DNA of 30,170 nt. Origin: Burkholderiales bacterium (GTDB taxonomy: Bacteria > Pseudomonadota > Gammaproteobacteria > Burkholderiales > Usitatibacteraceae). A model generated the notes under the pieces. That model did not search any database. It was not told the DNA's origin and worked only from the letters and a program-made list of their open reading frames with translations. The stretch is taken from the NCBI GenBank assembly GCA_043788115.1, contig JAYVUH010000165.1:1-30170 (forward strand), in the 5' to 3' direction. Both the position numbers and the translations under genes were made by a program. Of the stretch, positions 25,209 to 30,170 are shown piece after piece; within the stretch, counting starts at the first letter, position 1, and each line of letters begins with the position of its first letter.

Positions 25209-26534
25209 ATGGCCCGTAGCGACACCAAAAAACTCGAAGCCTTCGTCAAGTGGTTCCGCTCGGCCACGCCGTTCATCCACGAGTTCGGTGAACGCACGAT
25301 CGTGATTGCCTTTGGCGGCGAAGTGCTAACCGACGGCGAGATGATGCAGCTCGCCCACGACATCAACGTGCTCGTGAGCTTGGAAATCCGTGTGGTGCTT
25401 GTACACGGCACGCGCCCGCAGATTGAGGATCAACTCAAGCAGCACGGTGTGACGTCGCAATATGCCGAGGGCCGCCGGGTGACCGATGCGGCGGGATTGA
25501 AGTGCGTGAAAGAAGCCAACGGCATCGCTCGCATGGAGATCGAAGCCACACTTTCGACCGAACTAGCGAATTCACCGATGGCCGGCGCCGATATTCGCGT
25601 CTCGTCGGGAAACTTCATCACGGCCAAGCCATTCGGCGTGCGCAATGGTGTCGATTTCATGCATACCGGCGAAGTGCGCAAGGTGGATGTTGAGGGCATT
25701 ACGCGGCGTCTGGATGACGATGAAGTCGTGTTGCTATCGCCGATCGGTTTCTCGCCTACCGGAGATATTTTTAATCTTGCTCTCGAAGACGTAGCGACTT
25801 CGGTCGCCATCGCCATGAAGGCCGAGAAGCTCATCTTCCTCACGGAGACGATGGGCGCGACCGATGCCAAAGGCAAACTGGCGGCCGAGATTACGGCGCT
25901 TGAGGCGCAGGAATTGTTGGGTAACACCAATCAGGCCGAGGACATTCGCTACTACCTGCCAGCCGCAATCCGCGCCGTGCGCGAAGGCGTGAAGCGCGCG
26001 CATCTGATCAGCCGCCACGTCGATGGGGCGCTCTTGATCGAACTGTTTACGCATCACGGTATCGGCACCATGGTGGTACTTGAGTCGCCCGACAAACTAC
26101 GCAACGCAACACTGGCGGATGTCGACGGCATCATGGCGCTGATCGATCCGCTGGCAGAGCGCGGCGTTCTGGTGGCGCGTTCGCGCGAATCGATTGAAAA
26201 GGAAATTGATCGCTTCATTGTGCTCGCGTACGAAGAGGAAGTGATCGGTTGCGCGGCCATGAATCCTTATCAGGGCGAGAAACTCGCCGAGCTTGCGTGC
26301 CTCGCGGTCAACCCGTTCTATCGCGACGGTGGTCGTGGGGAACGTATCTTGGCGCATATTGAAAAGCGCGCGAAAGACCGCAACTCCAAAACGTTGTTCG
26401 TGCTTTCCACACAGACCACACAGTGGTTTGTCGAGCGCGGATTTACCGAAGCGGACGTCAATGCTTTGCCGGCAGAGCGCCGCGAAAAATACAACACCGA
26501 GCGCAACTCCAAGGTCTATATTAAAGCTTTGTAG
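25209..26534 (+). CDS. argA: Amino-acid N-acetyltransferase (N-acetylglutamate synthase)
   Basis: FVKWFRSATPFIH, kinase-like domain (LVHGTRPQI, HTGEVRKVD, ELFTHHGIGTM) and C-terminal GNAT domain (ELACLAVNP, LSTQTTQWFVERGF, RNSK). Confidence 0.95.
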   Translation: MARSDTKKLEAFVKWFRSATPFIHEFGERTIVIAFGGEVLTDGEMMQLAHDINVLVSLEIRVVLVHGTRPQIEDQLKQHGVTSQYAEGRRVTDAAGLKCVKEANGIARMEIEATLSTELANSPMAGADIRVSSGNFITAKPFGVRNGVDFMHTGEVRKVDVEGITRRLDDDEVVLLSPIGFSPTGDIFNLALEDVATSVAIAMKAEKLIFLTETMGATDAKGKLAAEITALEAQELLGNTNQAEDIRYYLPAAIRAVREGVKRAHLISRHVDGALLIELFTHHGIGTMVVLESPDKLRNATLADVDGIMALIDPLAERGVLVARSRESIEKEIDRFIVLAYEEEVIGCAAMNPYQGEKLAELACLAVNPFYRDGGRGERILAHIEKRAKDRNSKTLFVLSTQTTQWFVERGFTEADVNALPAERREKYNTERNSKVYIKAL

Positions 26535-26573
26535 CCGCCTCTCGCCTCAATCACCCAGTATCGGAAAATCATC

Positions 26574-26849
26574 ATGGCTCGCACCGTTCAATGCGTCAAA
26601 CTAAAAACCGAAGCAGAAGGTCTCGACTACCCGCCGTATCCGGGTCCGATCGGCAAGCGCATTTTTGACGAAGTCTCAAAGGAAGCTTGGAAGGGCTGGC
26701 TGGAGGATCAGAAACGGCTGGTCAACGAGAATCGCCTGAACCTAGCCGATCAGAAGGCGCGCAAATATCTTGAGGAGCAGATGATGCGGCACTTTTTTGG
26801 CGAAGGTGCCGATCAGGCGTCTGGGTACGTGCCGCCGGCAGCCGGCTAG
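26574..26849 (+). CDS. yggX: Oxidative damage protection / Fe(II) trafficking protein
   Basis: [40 protein letters not shown]; 91 aa. Confidence 0.95.
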   Translation: MARTVQCVKLKTEAEGLDYPPYPGPIGKRIFDEVSKEAWKGWLEDQKRLVNENRLNLADQKARKYLEEQMMRHFFGEGADQASGYVPPAAG

Positions 26850-26863
26850 TCGCGAACCCGCTT

Positions 26864-26911
26864 TGCACCAAGTAAAAACGCCGCTAACGAGCGGCGTTTT
26901 TACTTGGTGCA
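26864..26911. terminator. Bidirectional intrinsic terminator between convergent yggX and phoU
   Basis: Perfect 22-bp inverted repeat TGCACCAAGTAAAAACGCCGCT-AACG-AGCGGCGTTTTTACTTGGTGCA, with T-runs following the GC core on both strands. Confidence 0.85.
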
Positions 26912-26922
26912 TTGCTGGTGAA

Positions 26923-27633
26923 TTATTCCGGCTCGGCCGCGACGCGTTCGAGTTCCTCGGGGGTGATGTGGCGCACGTCCTTGCCCTTCACCAGATACAC
27001 CACGTACTCGCTCATGTTCTTAGCGTGGTCGCCGATGCGCTCGATCGCTTTGGCGATAAACAAAATATCGATGGACGCCGATATGGTGCGCGGGTCTTCC
27101 ATCATAAAGGTCATCAATTGACGCAGGATGGCGCGAAACCGCTCGTCAACTTCTTCATCCTGCCGCACCACTTTGGCCGCGCCCGAGACGTCGAGACGGG
27201 CGAAGGAATCGAGCGAAGTTTTGAGCATGTCGAGCGTGATGTTGCAGGCATAACGCACGTCGGCGAGCTGATGATTCATGCGTGCGCCAGACTGATGAAG
27301 CTGCTTGGACATGCGGGCGATTTTTTGCGCCTCATCGCCGATGCGCTCAAGATCAGTGATGGTCTTGACGACCGCCATGACCATGCGTAGATCGGAGGCG
27401 GTCGGCTGGCGTTTGGCAATGATGTGGGTGCAATCGTCGTCGATACCGACTTCGAGCGCATTGACGCGATGGTCGTCGGCGATGACTTGATCGGCCAGAG
27501 CCAGATCGCCGTACGCCAGCACTTCCATGGCGCGCATGATCTGCTGTTCTACCAGGCCACCCATTTGCAAGACGCGTGAGCGGATTGCTTCGAGTTCGGC
27601 ATCAAATTTTTTCGAGATGTGTTCGTTAGCCAT
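26923..27633 (-). CDS. phoU: Phosphate signalling protein PhoU
   Basis: HISKKFDAEL, RQPTASDLR, TDLERIGDEA, MMEDPRTI, KAIERIGDHAKN. Confidence 0.95.
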   Translation of the reverse strand: MANEHISKKFDAELEAIRSRVLQMGGLVEQQIMRAMEVLAYGDLALADQVIADDHRVNALEVGIDDDCTHIIAKRQPTASDLRMVMAVVKTITDLERIGDEAQKIARMSKQLHQSGARMNHQLADVRYACNITLDMLKTSLDSFARLDVSGAAKVVRQDEEVDERFRAILRQLMTFMMEDPRTISASIDILFIAKAIERIGDHAKNMSEYVVYLVKGKDVRHITPEELERVAAEPE

Positions 27634-27692
27634 TACGATGTCTTTCAACGGGCAATCGAGGGAGTCATTGCCGCAATAAATGCAATTGTACG

Positions 27693-27726
27693 AGTCTAGG
27701 CCGCGATTGTGACGAAAACGTTACAT
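27693..27726 (-). promoter_or_regulatory. Candidate PHO box and -10 element upstream of phoU
   Basis: Minus strand ATGTAAC-GTTT-TCGTCAC (27726-27709) resembles the PhoB box of two CTGTCAT-like heptads with a 4-nt spacer; exactly 10 nt downstream is TAGACT (27698-27693). Confidence 0.6.
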
Positions 27727-27765
27727 TGGAAGAGTGGCGTTCTCCTGCTAATGCCACCAAGCCTA

Positions 27766-28461
27766 TCAGCGGGTTAGCGTCTGAACGCCACCTTCGGCTG
27801 CCAGCAACAACACGTCGGCGCCACGGCGGGCGAACAGCCCGTTGGTCACTACGCCGGGGATCTGGTTGATCTCGGTTTCCAGCAGAGGCGGGTTTTCAAT
27901 ACTGAAGCCGTGGACATCCAGAATCCAGTTGCCGTTATCAGTCACCACCGCCCGCCGTTGGCCACCCTCGTTTTTCATGCGCCAATCAGGGTGCCCCCCG
28001 AGCTTGACCAGCTCGCGTGCTACGTAGCTCCTGGCCATCGGGATGACCTCAACCGGCAGCGGGAATTTGCCCAGTACATCGACCAGCTTGGACTGATCGG
28101 CCACACAGATGAATTTTTCTGAGGCCGCCGCCACGATCTTTTCGCGCGTGAGTGCCGCACCGCCGCCCTTGATCATGGCCAGATGTCGGGTGACTTCGTC
28201 GGCACCATCGACGTACACGGCGAGTGGCCCGGCGTCGTTGAGCGCCCACACATCGATGCCGCCGGCCTTGAGTCTGGCCGTCGAGGCATCCGAGCTGGAG
28301 ACGGCCGCTTTGATACGGTGCTTTGCCTTGATCAGCTCGTCTATAAAAAAGTTGACCGTTGAGCCGGTGCCAACACCGACAATAACGTCGTCCGGAACAT
28401 AGGCCATGGCGGCCTTGGCCGCCGCCGCTTTCAGCGCATTTTGGTCAGGTTTTGTACTCAT
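27766..28461 (-). CDS. rpiA: Ribose-5-phosphate isomerase A
   Basis: [48 protein letters not shown]. Confidence 0.97.
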   Translation of the reverse strand: MSTKPDQNALKAAAAKAAMAYVPDDVIVGVGTGSTVNFFIDELIKAKHRIKAAVSSSDASTARLKAGGIDVWALNDAGPLAVYVDGADEVTRHLAMIKGGGAALTREKIVAAASEKFICVADQSKLVDVLGKFPLPVEVIPMARSYVARELVKLGGHPDWRMKNEGGQRRAVVTDNGNWILDVHGFSIENPPLLETEINQIPGVVTNGLFARRGADVLLLAAEGGVQTLTR

Positions 28462-28541
28462 CTGAGAAGGATAGCGAATTTCTTGTTACATTGTGGCGTG
28501 CACCCATAAAAAAGAACGCTGCTATCAACGCCCCGCCCGCC

Positions 28542-30053
28542 ATGCCGACCGACTACCTCAAGAAAATCCTGCAAGCCCGCGTCTACGATGTTGCCATCGA
28601 GTCGCCACTCGACCGCTCGACCGGCATTTCGGAAGCGTTGCAGAACAGTGTGCTGCTCAAGCGCGAGGACTTGCAGCCGGTTTTTTCGTTCAAGTTACGG
28701 GGTGCCTATAACAAGATGGCGCACCTGTCACCGGCCGAACTCAAGCGCGGCGTCATTTGCGCGAGTGCCGGCAACCACGCACAGGGTGTTGCGCTGGCCG
28801 CGCAAAAGCTGGGCTGCAAGGCAACCATCGTCATGCCGACCACCACGCCGAACATCAAGATCGACGCCGTTTCGCGACGCGGCGCGACTGTGGTGTTGCA
28901 GGGGGACAGTTACCACGAGGCGGGGCAATACGCGAAAACGCTCGCCGCCAAACGCAAGCTGGTTTACGTGCATCCGTATGATGATCCGCTGGTCATCGCT
29001 GGGCAAGGCACCATCGGCATGGAGATATTGCGGCAGTACCAGCATCCGATTGATGCGGTATTCGTGCCGGTTGGCGGTGGCGGCCTGATCGCCGGTATCG
29101 CGGCATATATCAAGGCGCTCTCGCCTGCGACCAAGATCATTGGCGTGGAGCCGGTCGACTCAAACGCGATGGCGGCGTCGCTCGCCGCGGGCAAGCGCGT
29201 GACCTTGCCACACGTCAACCTGTTCGCCGACGGTGTCGCCGTCAAACAAGTTGGTGAGGAGACCTTCCGGCTGGCGCAGAAATTGGTCGATGAGATGGTG
29301 CTGGTCACGACCGACGAGATCTGTGCAGCGATCAAGGATATCTACCAAGACACGCGTTCGGTGATGGAGCCCTCCGGTGGTCTCGCGTTGGCTGGTATCA
29401 AGCGCTATGTTGAGAAGACCCGCGCTCGCAACAAGACCTTTGTGGCAATTTGCTGCGGCGCCAATATGAATTTTGATCGCCTGCGATTCGTCGCAGAGCG
29501 CGCATTAGTCGGTGAACACCACGAAGCGCTGCTCGCCATCACGGTGCCGGAAACACGCGGCAGCTTCAAACGCTTTTGCGAAGCGCTCGGCCCGCGCAAC
29601 ATCACCGAGTTTGCCTACCGTATCGCCGACTCACGCGAAGCGCACGTGTTTGTTGGTGTGGCGATCAAGGGGCGCGACGAGCCGCGTCAGTTGGTGGCTT
29701 ACTTCAAGAAACAGGGCTTTGCCGCCGTCGATATGTCCGACAACGAACTGGCCAAGCTGCACGTACGTCATCTCGTCGGCGGACACTCACCACTAGCGGC
29801 TGACGAGCAGATTTATCGTTTTGAGTTTCCGGATCGACCGGGAGCGTTGATGAATTTCTTGTCGTCGATGTCGCCCAGTTGGAACATCAGCTTGTTCCAC
29901 TATCGCAATCACGGCGCAGATGTGGGGCGCATTTTGGTCGGACTACAGATCCCCAAAAACGAACGCGTGGGGTTCGCCAAGTTCCTGAAGACGCTGGGCT
30001 ACGCCTACTGTGACGAGACCGATAACCCGGCGTATCGGATGTTCCTGAAGTAA
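28542..30053 (+). CDS. ilvA: Threonine ammonia-lyase, biosynthetic
   Basis: PLP lysine motif SFKLRGAYNK, SAGNHAQG, PVGGGGL, GANMNF and two C-terminal ACT-like domains; start placed at MPTDYL (28542). Confidence 0.96.
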   Translation: MPTDYLKKILQARVYDVAIESPLDRSTGISEALQNSVLLKREDLQPVFSFKLRGAYNKMAHLSPAELKRGVICASAGNHAQGVALAAQKLGCKATIVMPTTTPNIKIDAVSRRGATVVLQGDSYHEAGQYAKTLAAKRKLVYVHPYDDPLVIAGQGTIGMEILRQYQHPIDAVFVPVGGGGLIAGIAAYIKALSPATKIIGVEPVDSNAMAASLAAGKRVTLPHVNLFADGVAVKQVGEETFRLAQKLVDEMVLVTTDEICAAIKDIYQDTRSVMEPSGGLALAGIKRYVEKTRARNKTFVAICCGANMNFDRLRFVAERALVGEHHEALLAITVPETRGSFKRFCEALGPRNITEFAYRIADSREAHVFVGVAIKGRDEPRQLVAYFKKQGFAAVDMSDNELAKLHVRHLVGGHSPLAADEQIYRFEFPDRPGALMNFLSSMSPSWNISLFHYRNHGADVGRILVGLQIPKNERVGFAKFLKTLGYAYCDETDNPAYRMFLK

Positions 30054-30077
30054 TCGTAGTTGGGAACTTCTCAACCT

Positions 30078-30170
30078 CCCCGTTCGCCCTGAGCTCGTCG
30101 AAGGGTATTGATGTAACGCGTTGATTCCATTGAATCAGATTGTGGTTCGACAGGCTCACCACGAACGGGG
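30078..30170. repeat. REP/REPIN-like element: inverted pair of 28-nt imperfect palindromes
   Basis: CCCCGTTCGCCCTGAGCTCGTCGAAGGG (30078-30105) and TGGTTCGACAGGCTCACCACGAACGGGG (30143-30170; reverse complement CCCCGTTCGTGGTGAGCCTGTCGAACCA). The spacer holds a TGATTC/GAATCA hairpin. Confidence 0.8.

Noticed and set aside
28452-28541. Upstream N-terminal extensions in the ORF track (ilvA, also rnb, mpl, gshB, argA, phoU, DUF350)
   Set aside because: They overlap neighbouring genes or precede the conserved family start; downstream ATGs fit better.
1-30170. CRISPR array, tRNA or rRNA genes
   Set aside because: No regularly spaced repeat-spacer series and no cloverleaf or rRNA-like segment was seen; intergenic gaps are short.

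Overview
Mostly betaproteobacterial-type housekeeping DNA: a partial zinc-ribbon/DUF3426 gene, TonB-family gene, RNB-family RNase, yqiA-like esterase, mpl, gshA-gshB, tkt, an inositol monophosphatase, rsmE, argA, yggX, phoU, rpiA and ilvA. Three accessory blocks sit among these. (1) An apparently lower-GC insert of about 4.2 kb after gshB carries one secreted 1166-aa protein (14 Vgb-like propeller blades, 2 Ig-like repeats, FG-GAP-like repeats). It is bracketed by a degenerate direct repeat and short palindromic units. (2) A minus-strand trio encodes an ArsS-like radical SAM enzyme, a degenerate Cys-rich metallophosphoesterase-fold protein and a TVP38/DedA-flavoprotein disulfide reductase fusion, with no arsM in the window. 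(3) A six-gene operon encodes speD, speE, a DUF1190-like lipoprotein, a GNAT, a glutathionylspermidine-synthase-like ATP-grasp ligase and DUF350. The strongest sequence-level oddity is in block 3: the first 52 nt of the ligase gene are duplicated (51/52 identical) around a 92-nt hairpin-rich insert. The insert creates an in-frame 39-aa leader ORF and can pair with the coding sequence just past the second copy. No CRISPR array, tRNA, rRNA, transposase or integrase was seen. All family assignments come from motif recognition, not database searches.
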